Of a DNA stretch of 64,000 bases, positions 1 through 13,419 are shown in pieces; within the stretch, counting starts at the first letter, position 1, and every line of letters begins with the position of its first letter. Made by a program: the position numbers and the translations under genes. The notes under the pieces were generated by a model. That model was not told the DNA's origin. It searched no databases and was given only the letters and a program-made list of their open reading frames with translations. The stretch spans positions 227,914,001 through 227,978,000 of the forward strand of contig NC_058368.1 of assembly GCF_018350175.1 (NCBI RefSeq), given 5' to 3'. This DNA is from Felis catus. Its lineage: Eukaryota.

Positions 1-220
1 AGGCTCTGCTGTGATTTTTTTTGCCAGCCCCGGAGCGTCTCTCTCGCACCTTCCAGGAGTGGCGCTGAGCTTCTGGCCCGATCTTGGAGAGCCGGCATCA
101 CTGTGGATGCAAGAAGCCTCCAGTGCGTTTTTTCCAAAATTCCTGGTCCCGAAAGAGACATTTCTGGCTTGAGTTTACTCCTTTATCTCCTTTCCAGGCT
201 TAATGACATGAAAGCACTTC

Positions 221-356
221 GGGGCGCCTGGGTGGCTCAGTGGGTTAAACCTCCCACTCGGCTCAGGTCATGATCTCGCCCGGCTCCGTCTCTCTCTGCC
301 CCTCCCCGACTTGTGCCCTGTCTCTCAAAAATAATAAACATTAAAAACAATTTTAT
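221..356 (+). mobile_element. Can-SINE with internal deletion
   Basis: GGGGCGCCTGGGTGGCTCAG head, CT tract and A tail; TSD ATGAAAGCACTTC at 208-220 and 357-369; B-box region missing. Confidence 0.9.
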
Positions 357-495
357 ATGAAAGCACTTCATTAGCGCTAGCGGTATCCTCAATAGAGACA
401 GTTTTGGTAAAATGATCTGGTTTGGGAGATTTTGCATTGTGAAATTTTACAAACTCTTCAGAAGAGGTTCTCCAAAGCAAAACATATTCCTTTAA

Positions 496-707
496 AAAAA
501 TTAAAAAAAAATGTGTATTTATTTTTGAGAGAGTGACAGAGTGTGAGCAGGGGAGGAGCAGAGAGAGACAGAGACACAGAATCCAAAGCAGGCTCCAGGC
601 TCTGAGCTGTCAGCACAGAGCCTGACGCGGGGCTGGAGCTCACCGACCGTGAGATCATGACCTGAGCCGAAGTTGGATGCTCAACCCACTGAGCACCCAG
701 GTGCCCC
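496..707 (-). mobile_element. Can-SINE (felid type)
   Basis: Reverse complement of full body; flanks share TATTCCTTTAA. Confidence 0.9.
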
Positions 708-1187
708 AAAGTGTATTCCTTTAATGTCAAGATGGGAAGCAATTGTAAGTCAGGAATATGATTCCCTTTCCTTCCCCTGTAGACATCTGGGGGTTCTGAT
801 TCTTTCTCTGAAAATTTCATCAAATGCATTTCCTCCTCTTTCTACCAACACAGGTCTCTATCATCTGCACTCGGGATGATTTATTTCTATAGCATCTCCA
901 CCGATCTCCTGGTCTCCTGAATTCCTTTTATCTACTCCACCCTGGACTACCGCCTTCCCTCGCCCTCCTGGAGACTTGTGGCTTCTGGTTGGCTGAGGGA
1001 TAAAGGTCATTCTACTGAACAGGGGAGGTCACACATGACAGTGCTGTTCACCTTATAGCCATGAGCTCCTCCTCAGTTCCCAGCCTCCTTTGCAGTTAGG
1101 CTGAGACCATGTGACCAGGTTGTGGTCAGTGGGAGAGGCAGGAAAGTAACCTGGCCATTTTTACACCAGGCCCTTAGAACACTTCCC

Positions 1188-1399
1188 GTGCTAGGGGCTC
1201 AATCGGTTGAGCATCTGACTTCGGCTCAGGTCATGATCTCGTGGTCCGTGAGTTCGAGCCCCGTGTCAGGCTCTGTGCTGACAGCTCGAAGCCTGGAGCC
1301 TGCTTCGGATTCTGTGTCTCCCTCTCTCTTTGATCCTCCCCTGTTCACGCGCTCTCTCTCTCTCTCTCAAATAAACATTTTAAAAAATTACAAAAAAAA
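1188..1399 (+). mobile_element. Can-SINE
   Basis: GAGTTCGAGCCC B box, CT tract, A tail; flanking repeat CACTTCCCGTG. Confidence 0.9.
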
Positions 1400-1459
1400 C
1401 CTCACTTCCCGTGGTACCCTCCAGCTCTCTTGTCCTGCTGCTGTGACCTTGTAGCTGTG

Positions 1460-1812
1460 TGTGTGGGTTGAATTGTGCAATCCAGTCATGCAGGATGAAG
1501 ACATTCGGGGGGCCCCTAATCCCATGTGACTGGCATCCTTAGAAGAAGAGGGAAATTCGGACACAGAGGGAAGAAAGCCATGCAAAGCTAGAGGTTGGGA
1601 TTATGCTGCCATGAACCCAGGAACACTTGAGGCTACCTGAAGCGGGAAGAGGCAAGGAAGGATCCTTCCCTAGAGTCTAAGGAAGGCACATGGCCCTATG
1701 GACACCTTGGTTTCAGACTTCTGGCTTCCAGAACCTTGAGACAACCATGTCTGTGGTTTTGAGCCACCTGGTTTGTGACACTTTGTTAAGGCCGCTTTGG
1801 GAAACTAATACA
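1460..1812 (+). mobile_element. MaLR MLT1 (A-C-like) solo LTR
   Basis: TGTGGGTTGAATTGTG start, GGAAGAGGCAAGGAAGGAT core, GGAAACTAATACA end. Confidence 0.8.
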
Positions 1813-2218
1813 GGGTGCTATCCAGAGTAGTTCCTGGACAGAGGCTTTTTGCGAATGAGACACAAACCTGTTCTGTGGTAAACCGTGGAGCTTCCAGAAT
1901 GTCGTTGTCTCTGTCGCACGTGCTGGCTTATCCTGATGAACACGTTATCTAAGCACATTTGTAAGTAGACTCTGGTCTACCTTTTCAACATCAACTATTA
2001 TTCACCCTGTTTTCCAGTGATATACTCTATGCCTCTGGGACTTATGCTCTTTCTATCTAGAATGTTCTTCCTTCTCTTATTTATCAGGAGAAACCATACC
2101 CTGTTGAAAGCCCAGCTGCGACATCACTTTCTCTGAGAAGCCTCTCTCAGAGCCCCTGGTTACTGCCTTTTGCCAAAACTTCTCGAGACCGAATACTGGT
2201 TATAATATGTTAAGATTT

Positions 2219-2219
<1 letters not shown>

Positions 2220-2251
<32 letters not shown>
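2220..2251. repeat. (TG)n microsatellite
   Basis: Perfect dinucleotide run. Confidence 0.95.
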
Positions 2252-2255
<4 letters not shown>

Positions 2256-3134
2256 CGTCTTAGAACATGAGTTCCTTGAAGCCAGGGAGCATACCTTTGA
2301 TATTTACACCCCGTTTCTGACCTAACATTTCATTCATAGTGCCGAATTAAAGGCAGTAGTGAAATTAACTCTCAGAAGCTCACGCTAGCCTGGCTCTGGG
2401 AAGGTCAAAGGGGCCCTGCTGGTTGAGGTCTGAGATCTGACCTTGTTATTTGCCAGCAGTGATGCCCAAGATACGTCTTGGCCTCTCCAGGGATGATGAT
2501 TAATGAAGGCAGGCAGCGTGGCCTTTGTAAACACTAGGTAGGAAGTTCCGGCGGGTCTCTGAGGTCTTAAGTTCAGGCTATAATTACCTGGGTTCACCAA
2601 GTGACTGAGAGATCTAAAGCCCTATCCCTTTGGTGGGTGGTGTGTGTGCATAGTTGTGTGTGTGTGTGCACGCATGCTTGTGTGTGATTGTGGACAAGGG
2701 GGAGTAGGGTCTCTTAGGGTTTTCAAGGGCCAGAAGTCTATGTTATTGCTTCTCTCTCTCTCTCTCATTCTTTCTTTCTTTCTTGTTTTCTTTCTTTCTG
2801 CAATTTATATTGAATTTTATTCCATTTTTTAAAAACTGAGACAATTGACATATAACATATAAGTTTAAGGCGTACGATGCATTGACTTGACACGTTTACA
2901 TATTATAATCTGATTACCACTGTGGCAATCGTGTCTCATAATTATCATTCCTTTTTGTGTGGGCGTGTTATTGCTTTTTCTAAGGTACCAGGCAGACAAC
3001 AGGTCAGAGTTTACATTAGATTCTTCTCTTATTCCTTAACATTTTTTTGAAGAGTTAAAAACATTCAGAAATATGCAGATTAAAAACACACTCAACATAT
3101 GTACAATCCAGAATTAATAAATACTAACATCGTT

Positions 3135-3244
3135 GGGTGCCTGGGTGGTTCAGGTGGTTTAAGCGTCCGACTCTTGATTTTGGCTCAGGTCATGATCCTG
3201 GGGTTGTGGGTGGGGTTCTGCACTGAGAGTGAAGCCTGCTTGTG

Positions 3245-3282
<38 letters not shown>

Positions 3283-3340
3283 CCTCCTCTGCTCTCCTGC
3301 ACTTGCACTCTCTCCCTCTCTCTCTCAAATAAAAAAAAAA
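3135..3340 (+). mobile_element. Can-SINE
   Basis: Head, (CT)n, A tail; diverged TSD ATACTAACAT/ATGCTAACAT. Confidence 0.9.
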
Positions 3341-3566
3341 TGCTAACATTGCTGATTTTACTTTGTATTTTCTAAGCATAAGTGATCATTATGGACAATG
3401 CTGAGTTTCTCATTTGTTCCCCTCCACAAATCTCCTGGATGGCCCCATGTCCCTGTCACCACTTCTATAAATTTGGTGTGTGCTCTTACAGTTTGTATTT
3501 TTGTACTTTACATACAAAGGACCCACTTATAAATATGTAGTTTTACCTAGTGTTTAAAATTAAATA

Positions 3567-3760
3567 GCCTGACGTGGGGCCTGAACCCACAAGCCGTGAG
3601 ATCATGACCTGAGCCAAAGTCGGACACTCAACTGACTGATCCCAGGATCTCCAACCCCCCCCTTTTTTTTTAAAGTAAGTCCTACACCCAATGTGGGGCT
3701 TGAACTCACAACCCCAAGATCGAGTCTCCTGCTCTACCGACTGAACCAGGCAGGCACCCC
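3567..3760 (-). mobile_element. Two adjacent Can-SINE 5' fragments / short SINE
   Basis: Two tRNA-like heads in reverse orientation. Confidence 0.75.
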
Positions 3761-5159
3761 GGAAATGTCCATTTTCAACTTTACCAGACAGAACCCTCAT
3801 TTCCTATGGGCTGCTGGGCTCATAGCTCTCAGCAAGAGAACTGCTTACACTCTCTTCCCGGAGGCAGCCTATACCCATGGTGGGAGAACAAAGGGGTGCG
3901 TTCATTTTGGTTGGGGACACCCCTGAAGGGTCAGCGCAGGTCCGTAGCTCCGTGGGCTTGGCTGAAATCTCTGCTATCATGCGGACGGCAGCTCAGCGAT
4001 TCTCTCTGCCCGGTCCTGCTTCCTCACACCTTTTGGGTATTGTCCCTGCCAGACTCTCTCCAGTCTCCTTCCTGTGTGCCAAGCTCCAGCTCCGAGTCCA
4101 TTTCTGGGGACCTGACCTATGGCCCCAGACAGTGCCAACCTGTTTTCCAAAGTGCGTCTATTAGTTTACACACACCAGGAATTCCTCTTTCCCCGAACCT
4201 GTGCCTACACTTTGTATCCTTAAACTTTCCATTTTTGGCAATCGAACGGACGTGAAATTGAGCTGTACTGTGGTTTACATCTGCTTTCCCCTAATCACAG
4301 ATCAGATCCTTCCTCCATGATGAAAACACAGCGTGCTAGCAAGTGCAAGTTTATTCCGTGGTCCTATCCTTGCCCCGAGGAGGTGATTGCTGGGCTTCCT
4401 CTGGCCAAATCTCTCCGGTTGCCTGGTCGTGTCTTCTTGGTGCTGCTGGGTCCCTGGGCTGGTTGGGGGAAGGTGAGCTTCCTGGTTCCAGAAGTCTGGT
4501 GTGCCTGGGGAAGCAGTGTCACCCCCCGACAGCATTTCAGTTCGCGGCACTGAGGTTTTACACGTTTTTGCTTCTGAGGTCACAGGCAGCCAGGAACAAT
4601 AGAGACGGAAAACAGTACAAAACCGGACAAAACCAAACGAACCCAGAAACCATTGCCATGCATTCACTGCTGGGGGTGCTACTGGGCAGAGTGATGCCCT
4701 TGACCAGGTCAATGGAGATAACAGGGGAAGATCTTGCATTGGACTCAAAGTGTGTAAGTGGCTTCAGGACCAGAGACGTCTCTCAGCCTGGAGTAGCATA
4801 TCAGGACTGGGTCTTTAAGGAGGTTGGGGGTTTCACAGCGGGAAACGGATGGTTTCCACTAATCACTTTAGGAACTGGGTTGGGGGAGGCTCCTGTGACA
4901 CCCCCTTGTGTTTTACACAAAAGCTCAGAGGGTAACCTGGACCACTTGACGAAAGAAAAAAAATCCACTCTCACCTAAATGTAAATTCAATAGGAAAAAA
5001 CTAAGCTGTGAAATATGCTTTTGGATAGTAGGCTCTGGGTCCCTGGAGTTCTTCAAAGGGATCCACGCATCCGCATGTGGGTGGGAATTTTCCTAACGAA
5101 TGGTTCTAACCCACGGGCCTGACCATGTTGCTCCCTTGATTAAATGCTTCAAAGGCTTC

Positions 5160-5520
5160 GAACTCACTGTAACTGGGAACAGATGGGTGGTTGCCAGTGG
5201 CCGGGGGTGGGGAAACAGGGACGTGTTGGTCAAAGGGCACAAGCTTCCAGTGTATAAGATGCATAAGCTCTGGGGACCTACTGTACAGCATGGCCACTGT
5301 AGTTAATAATTTGGTATCGTGTACTTGCAAGTTGCCCAGAGTAGATCTCAAGCATTCTCCCCACACTTGCACCAAAAGGTAACTGTTGTGGGGCGATGCA
5401 TATGTTAATTAGTTGGATTATGGTAATCATTTCACAATGCAGCCACATATCAAATCATCATGTTGTACACCTTAAATATATACGCCTTTTATGCATCGAT
5501 TATACCTCAGTAAGGCTGAG
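5160..5520 (+). mobile_element. LINE-1 3' end (L1MA9/10-like)
   Basis: GTACAGCATGG...AGTAGATCTCAAG...ATCAAATCATCATGTTGTACACCTTAAATATATAC is typical old L1 3' UTR. Confidence 0.8.
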
Positions 5521-6244
5521 GAAGAAGAAAAGGCTTCTCAGGAAGCAAAGGATAGAGTGAGATGTCCCAGTGTAGCGAATGGGACCTCCCAGCCCCTGTC
5601 CTGCATGCTATGTTCTTCACACACCTTTGTGCTCTGCCCAAGTTGAGCTCCATATATGGAATTTCTTCCCCCTCCTTTTCTGTCTGTTCCTTCTCTTCAA
5701 GAGCCAAACAAACCATGACTTCCTGGGTGAAACCTTGGCAGGCTCCAGGCAGGACCCGCACTGGCAGACCCCTCTGTGCTCCTCCCCTCTGTGCCTGGCC
5801 TGGGGAGCGGGACTCCCTGCTGGTGAACCCGGCTCCCGTCTCTGCCTCCATATTTCAGGTGTGAGCACCGGGTGGGAACTACGTGTCCTCATCTTCCGGT
5901 CTCCCGAGCCGTGCCTGACACAGAGCAGACAGTCCGTGAGCTACGTAAACAAGTCAAAAAGTGAACAGTTTGGAGACATCCTCTCAAAAGTAAATAAAAA
6001 CTCGTGGCTTTTTATGTAGCAGGAGGGCTCAAATCACTTGCTTGACTATCAGCTGAGGAACTTGGGGGTTAGAAGCTGTGGGCCAGTGGGGCGCCATTTT
6101 CTCTTGACAGCTGGGGACCGAGTGGTTTTCATTTAGGAATTCCTCCCCAGCGTTTCTTGGAAATTTTCTCTGTTTTTCCACATCTTGAATCCTGAGGATA
6201 AAATCAGACAAGATATGGGGAAAATGAGGGAAAGCTGACAATTC

Positions 6245-6697
6245 TTTTTTTTTAAAATTTTTTTTTGTTTAATGTTTATTTATTTTTGAGACAGAGAGAG
6301 ACAGAGCATGAACGGGGGAGGGTCAGAGAGAGAGGGAGACACAGAATCCGAAACAGGCTCCAGGCTCTGAGCCGTCAGCCCAGAGCCCGACGCGGGGCTC
6401 GAACTCACGGACTGCAAGATCGTGACCTGAGCCGAAGTCGGATGCTTAACCGACTGAGCCACCCAGGTGCCCCAATTCTTTCTTTTTTTAAAGTTTATTT
6501 ATTTATTTTGAGAGAAAGAGAGAGAGAGAGAGAGCACGAGAGAGAGCGGGGGAGGGACAGACAGAGGGGAAGAGTGAGACTCCCAAGCGGGTTATGTGTT
6601 GTCAGCGCGGAGGCTGACGCGGGGCTCTAACTCGTGAACCTCGAGATTATGAAACTAAGGTTTGGACTCTCAGCTGACTGAGCCATCCAGGCGCCCC
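6245..6697 (-). mobile_element. Two Can-SINEs: younger (6245-6473) inserted in the A tail of older (6479-6697)
   Basis: Two bodies in tandem; inner repeat AATTCTTT; outer diverged TSD GAAAGCTGACAATTCTT/GAAAACTGATCATTCTT. Confidence 0.85.
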
Positions 6698-6900
6698 AGA
6701 AAACTGATCATTCTTATGTGAGAACTGAAGCTGGACAGCCAACCTGGAGACATTGCTGGTTGGGAGTCCACTGGGCCGGGTGGAAAGCAGAAGAGGGAGC
6801 AATGACACACGGGCTCGAAGGGTCAGGCGGCCACCTCTGGAAAGACAAGAGAACTTAGGAGAGAAGCTGTCACAATCTACTCAGGCTTCACAAACAGCTG

Positions 6901-6902
<2 letters not shown>

Positions 6903-6938
<36 letters not shown>
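6903..6938. repeat. (GT)n microsatellite
   Basis: Perfect dinucleotide run. Confidence 0.95.
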
Positions 6939-6939
<1 letters not shown>

Positions 6940-9314
6940 CCTGGCCCTGTCTTCTGTCAGTGACAGGTCATTCCTGCAAATAAGAGAAACACTAGTGAGT
7001 CCACAGGCATCATGTACTTTATACACATGCTATTAGCAGGGAGACAAGAAACAGTAGGTTTGGAAACAAAACACACCCTTAAATAGCAATTTTGACAAGC
7101 GAGCACAGGGCTGTTCATCTTGCTGGGAGATCTAAATGGGGTGTTATTCCAACACCATCCTGTAGCATTTGCTGGTGTGTTCCAGTGTTCGAATATTTGC
7201 TGCAGGTTTCAGTCCTTTGTAAAACTGATGATATTTTTATTGTATAAAGAAAGGAAATAAACATGTGTTTCCCTTTTTTTTCTTAAATTGTAGCCACTCA
7301 TTTAAAACCATACCAACAAAATGTTATGAAAAATATATAACAGCTTCAGGTTTTAGGAATTCCTGAGAATTCCTATTTCTCCTTCTTGAATCTCAAAGAT
7401 TAACATCTGCAGAGAATTTGGGAACACTGCCTGGTTCACCTGGTGAGCGGCACCAGGGGTCCCGGTGTAGATTACGTGACAAGCCCCCACCAGGCTGGAA
7501 TCAGAATTCAAGCGTTTGATGGGAGTGGGGGCTGCCTTGGGGTCACAGTTTTATTCACCACTTGGCTTGGCTCAGATGTTAAGATCCAATACTTGGTGAA
7601 ATATGGCACCTTCACTAGACTAGAGTCCACAGTGCCTCTGGGGAGACTCCTCACTCAAACCCCTTTGCCATTTTCAGATTTCTAGAAACAGTCGAAGGAC
7701 GTAAATGCTGTGACCTCAAGGAAGGTGTAACGCTCTTCCTTGGGGTTGGAGGAACTGGACTCAGAGCCAGACAGTGGTCCCTTGGTTCAGGCCAGACAGA
7801 GGTGGGTCAGGTCTGGCTTTGATCATCAACCCAGAACTCTCATAGAGACTCAGCCCTTTCCAGAGTACCAAAAATTGCAGCTGCTACAATAGAGCCTGCC
7901 TCTCAGTAAGAAGACAGTGTGATGTAGAGCTGAGAGCCGGGTGTTTGAAGCCAGGCAACAGCAAGAACGAACGTCAGCTCTGCCATTCATGGTATTATGT
8001 GGCTGCTCCATTTACGCATAATGTCTACTCCACGGATGGCTGTGCGGGTGGACTGAGTAATAGTCCTCAGCGCAAGGTGTGCATCCCGGTCCATGCAGAA
8101 CAGCCGGTAGCCTTCACATCTATATGAAGGATGGCTTTCCCTGTTGGATTCCTTCTCTGAGTTGATCCAAATCAGTGGGTCGCATTGCTGTGGTCGTATC
8201 ATTATAGACCAAAGAGTTACCTCTGGTTGAGACTGGCTGTACGTTCTCAGGTGTTAACGCAGCTGATGAACTATAAAAACTAGGTAAGATTTCAATGGCT
8301 CCCAGTGATAAGTTGTCCGGAAAGCTCACCCAGTAGCACGCTGTGACAGGGACCACGTTCTTCCAATTCTCCTCCCAGGACCTGCTGAGTCCCCATCTTT
8401 TTGTGTCTCTCTTCTCTTTCTGCCTTGTTCTTTCCCACCCTCTGCTCTTTTCTCTGTTCCTTTTCACCTTCCTCGTTTACCCTTCCTTCTCATTCATGCC
8501 TTGTTTTACTCTCAACCACCCTTTTTTTCCTTCTCATTCTTTGACCTGGCCTCTTGTCAGGTGTCTGGAATTTTCAGAATGTCCGTATCTTCTGTTCTGC
8601 TGCCTCTCCCTTGACCCAGGATGGTCAGATGTCACAGTAGTGGGGGTCCTGCTTGGCTTCTGTTTCCCACCAAGTTAACTCTTTGTGGAGAGCAAAGGAG
8701 AAACAACTTACTAAAGCCTGCACACGTTTTTCAAATTCTTTGCAGTTCACTGATAGCCTGAATGAAAGGGAATGTACATCACCAGAAGCAGTGGGGTTGG
8801 CCCGTGGCCAGACGGGAAGTGAGTTATGTTTGCATGTGCTTCTGGCACTCCAATGGCCCTCACGTGAGGTCCTCTGTCTTCCTCATGGCCATGGGTCAGT
8901 CCCTCACTTGTCTGTAGCCCCATTCTGGCTCCTGGTGCCCAGAAATTCCAGAAATCTCCCTTCCTTTCCCTGTCCTATATCCCCAGTATCTTCTGGCCAC
9001 TCAACGATTAGTTCATCTGTACTCCATCCTCTTACCCAGAGAGCCTCGATGATGACCTAGCTTCCATCCTCCTTCTTTAAAACTTTGTTCCGTGTCCCTC
9101 AAAGAGTCTGCTGATCTGCTAAATTGGGGTGGGCCTATTAGAAGCAGAACACTGGTTTTCTGGTGTTCACCCACCTCCTTGGGGCATGTCAGCAGCCCTG
9201 AGGGCATGAGGGCCATTGGAAAACACCTCTGCTCAGAAAGGTCTGCCCTCAGCCAACCTAGCTGCCATGTTCCACAAATTGGAAATTCATTTGTGTTCAC
9301 AAATCTTCTTTTAA

Positions 9315-9550
9315 GGAATGCCTGGGTGGTTCAGTTGGTTGGGTGTCTGACTTTAGCTCAGGTCATGATCTCATAGTTTGTGAGTTCGAGCCCCGAGTCG
9401 GACTCTGTGCTCACAGCTCAGAGCCTGGAGCCTGATTTGGATTCTATGTCTCCCTCTGTCTCTGCCCTTCCCCCACTCTCTGTCTGCCTGTGTCTCTCTC
9501 AAAAATAAATAAAAACATTTTAAAAAAGCCTGAGGGCAACTTAAAAAAAA
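9315..9550 (+). mobile_element. Can-SINE with extra 3' segment
   Basis: Full body and A tail, 15-nt extra segment, second A run; diverged TSD starting CACAAAT at 9298 and 9551. Confidence 0.85.
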
Positions 9551-10454
9551 CACAAATTCTCTTTAAAATGAAATGCCTCCTGGGAAGATTGACTGTACAT
9601 ATTGTTATTACTCTAGTATCTATGATTATTCTAATGTGGTCATGGGCCAGAAATGAAACTCCCAACTACAATATTGCTATTATGGGAAAGTTCCATCTAC
9701 CTTACAACATTCTACCATACAATATAAGGTTTCCAGAAAAATATTGTTGGGAAAGGGAAGGATTACTGTTTCTCTAAAATAATCTTCACTTCTTTTAATG
9801 ACCTGGTAATGGATCCATTATCCCTGAATTTCAAAGTCCTCCAAATCCCATGTATTTTTGTTTAGTCTGCATTATCGCCAGCTTGTAAAACGTTTTCTTA
9901 TCAAAATACTGGTTTCTGAACTCAGTCATTGTGGCAAGGGGTGTAATTTGGGGGCATTCTGGGTCTCAGGGCAACTTTGATTGGGGCAGGGAGACATACA
10001 CATAGTACGATTTGAGAGGAAAAAGAGGTCCCCCTAAATCATGCTCCTCCACTGACCCTCATGTACCCCTGAAATAGCCATAGTGTTCGTTCACTGGCTC
10101 AGGCCTTGAAGAAGCTTGGACGTGCTTCAGGGTCATCCAGCTCCATGTCTTCGTTTATTTTTATGGAAGGGAAATATGAAGTTCTCTGAGGTTGGTGTCT
10201 CAGCTAGACTCACACTGATGTAGTACTGGGTCTAGCACTCGAATCTCCTAACTGAAGAACAGGACATTTTTCACCCCTTGGTTTAGTAAGGATTGTGCGC
10301 TATTGATGGCCGTGGTCACCGGGCAAATACCATCGGGGTGGGGGGAATAATAGGTAAAACTGTTATTAACCATCCCTTGGCAGTGCGATGGCAATGTAGG
10401 ACAGGAGGAAAAAGGCAAGGAAGACCACTCCTGGGAACGAATCTGGATCTAGAG

Positions 10455-10800
10455 CAGCACTGTCCATGAGAAACACAATGTAAGCCACATGTGTAATTTT
10501 AATTTTTCTAGTAGCCACATTAAGCATGTAAAGTAACTTAATATGTTTTAATTCTAATTATATATTAGTTACTTAACTAATTTCAATAAATATATTTTAC
10601 TTCATCCGACACATCCCAAATATAATTTCAATATAAAAATTGTTAACAAGATATTTTATATACTTGTGTGTGTGTGTGTGAACCTTCAAAATGTGGGGTG
10701 TGTTTTACGCATTTAGCAGAACTCAGGTAGGACCAGCCATATGCCGAGATCTCAATAATCACATGTGGCTGGCTATTGGCTCCCATATTGGACAACACAG
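10455..10800 (+). mobile_element. MER33-like hAT-Charlie DNA transposon
   Basis: TIRs CAGCACTGTCCA / TGGACAACACAG; 8-bp TSD ATCTAGAG / TTCTAGAG. Confidence 0.85.
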
Positions 10801-11175
10801 TTCTAGAGTACTCTATGCTGAGTCATGTACCTGGTCTCCTCGGCTGCATTAGCGTGTGGGGCCCCATAAACTGGGAGGTTCAGAGAAATCATCCTGATGC
10901 TTCATACTCTCTATATAAGGGGATCATAAAACTTATGAAGCAAACCAAGACAGTACTGAGAGTGAAAGTAAGTGGCAACCCTCAAAAATTGTGCCAGAAA
11001 ATAGGCATAAACCAGTGCCAAACCGACAGACCAGGACAAGTAGTCTCTCTAACTATAAAGAGACTCACATCAGAGGAGGCTTTGGCCATGGCCCTGGATG
11101 CCAGGGTTGTCGTAGGAGTTATCAGGTGGCCTTAGGTGGCCAGTGGACAGACAGCACAAGAAATGGAAGACGGCC

Positions 11176-11421
11176 GGGGCGCCTGGGTGGCGCAGTCGGT
11201 TAAGCGTCCGACTTCAGCCAGGTCAAGATCTCGCGGTCCGTGAGTTCGAGCCCCGCGTCGGGCTCTGGGCTGATGGCTCAGAGCCTGGAGCCTGTTTCCG
11301 ATTCTGTGTCTCCCTCTCTCTCTGCCCCTCACGCCGTTCATGCTCTGTCTCTCTCTGTCCCAAAAAATAAATAAACGTTGAAAAAAAAAAAAGAAAAAAA
11401 ACATGAAAAAAAGAAAAAAAA
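11176..11421 (+). mobile_element. Young SINEC_Fc-type SINE
   Basis: CpG-intact body; perfect 17-bp TSD AAGAAATGGAAGACGGC at 11158-11174 and 11422-11438. Confidence 0.95.
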
Positions 11422-13011
11422 AAGAAATGGAAGACGGCTGCATGAAGGCAGTGAAGAGGCATCAAGGGGTACCTGGACAAAGTAGTTACAATTTCACCCA
11501 GGAAGAAAGAGGCTCTGGTCCACTGTGGAAGGTACAAAAAAGAGGCAACAAGTGTAACCTGTACAACGTAAGCCTTATGTCTGACCCAAGAAGAGTCCTC
11601 GGATACTGAGAAGGCATTTCTGAGACTGGTGGTGCTAGTGGGGAAAACATGCACTTCATCCACGGCCAAGACCATCCAAGGCCAAGATCACCCGCTTAAA
11701 TTAGCAGATATCTGAGCCCCTTCCAGCTTTAGATCCTAAGATAACATTAAACTATTGCTTGCGGGAAATGTTCCAAAGATGAAAAAAAGAAAAAGTTTTA
11801 GCCAGATGAAAATTTATTGTAAACATTTGTTCAAGGCTAAAACATAAACCTTGAAGGAAATAAGAAAAAAAAAAGTCAATTTAGGCATTGGTACTGTTGG
11901 ATTAGCATATTTTATTTTTGTAGGGTTTGAAGAATTACCACGAGAAAGAATTTTTCCCAGCAGGTTTTTGTCACAAATGTTGTTTAAAAGACAACAACAA
12001 CACAACAGTTTGTCTTGAGTGTATATCTGAAGGAGATGATGTTATTTCATGTGTTAAATTAAACCAAATATTTTCAGGTATAAGTTAATTGCTGTTGTAA
12101 AATAATACCAAAGCAAGCATCTACATTATGCATTGTATTTTCCTGGATTTTCTCTTTAAATTAGCTGAGGTTTTCATCTTTTTTACAACAAAAAGGATAC
12201 TTTGAGTATTCAGCTGATATTCATCAAAACGGGTAAGATAATTTCTGCCAATTAGCAGCAGCTGGTGAGTGAAAGACAACCTGGCCGATAGGAGATTGGG
12301 ATTCCAGTTCCAATTTTGATTACGTTAACAGCCTGATATAGAGCGAATTGCTTAACCTCTTGGAGTCCCAGGTAAGGCTAAAGAATCAGGCTCCTTTCTG
12401 TTGCAAGTGATAGAAACAGGAATCAAGATGATGTAAGCAGTAAGGACATCAGGCATCTCACACACGAGGAAAGCTGGAGGCGCAATGGCTCTAGGGGGAG
12501 TTGATTGCGAATCACCAAGGCCAGGCTCTGTCAGCTCGACCATCCCGCGTCATCGTCATTCTCAGGCTGGTATTGGAAGAAGAAGGCTGCAGAAGTTCCA
12601 GATGTTCCATCCAGACATCAGCAACAAGAGATCCTTTCTTCCTGTAGCTTTTCTTGGATCACCCTTAAGATGTTTCTTCACATCCCATTGGCTAGGGTCG
12701 GTCACATGCCCATTCCTGAATCGCTCGCTGGCCTGAGAAATGGGGTTACTCTGATGAACTCAGACACATCATCTGGGGTGGAATTGATGATGTAGAGTCA
12801 ATAGCAGTGTCCAATCAGTGGTGATATCATATGGTGGTTGGGAAGACAACCAGGGATGAACACTTCATAAATGGTAATAAAACCTAAAAATGCTAGGTGT
12901 CATTGTTATTTAAATATGCTTGATGTAATTATTATTTAGCTGAAAATCCCATTATAATACAAGAGGGTGCATTAGAGTAACATTTGTCCATCAGAAGGAT
13001 ATACAGTTCTA

Positions 13012-13197
13012 GGGGCACCTGGGCGGCATCTGACTTGATTTTGGCATGGGTCATGATCCTAGGGTTGTGGGATCGAGCCCCTTGTTGGGATTTACACAGA
13101 GCATGCAGCCTGCTTAAGATTCTCTCTCTTTCTCCCTCTGTCCCTCTCCTCCACTTGCACTCTCTTTCTCTCTCTAAATCAAAAAAAAATTTAAAAA
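13012..13197 (+). mobile_element. Can-SINE
   Basis: Head, CT tract, A tail; TSD ATATA(C/T)AGTTCTAG. Confidence 0.85.
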
Positions 13198-13419
13198 AGA
13201 AGAATATATAGTTCTAGATTTTCTTTCCCTGAAAAATCTTTCAGGAAAGGACCATACTTTGTAATGGTGAAATCAGAGACATTTAAATAGTATTCTTTAT
13301 CACCCATCACACATCAGGAGGGAATAGAAGGATATCCTACCCTACACTCTGTTCTCAAATATGATGAGGTTCAGATTCCCAGTATAAGGTTCTAGTCTTT
13401 TACAATAATCAGTTTAATC

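Larger units (their letters stand above)
1060..1942 (+). mobile_element. Old MaLR (MLT1H/I/J-like) LTR, split by a SINE and a younger MLT1
   Basis: CCCAGCCTCCTTTGCAGTTAGG...CCATGTGACC motif and 3' end GCTTATCCTGATGAACAC resemble old MLT1 consensus. Confidence 0.5.

Noticed and set aside
1..150. Mild CpG enrichment and CTCF-like CCAGGAGTGGCGC at the window start
   Set aside because: Motif spacing does not fit the CTCF core; it may be the shore of an element outside the window, which cannot be assessed here
4343..4978. 211-aa ORF (and the 189-aa ORF at 31578-32147)
   Set aside because: No recognisable homology or splice support; non-ATG starts; the second lies largely in an LTR remnant
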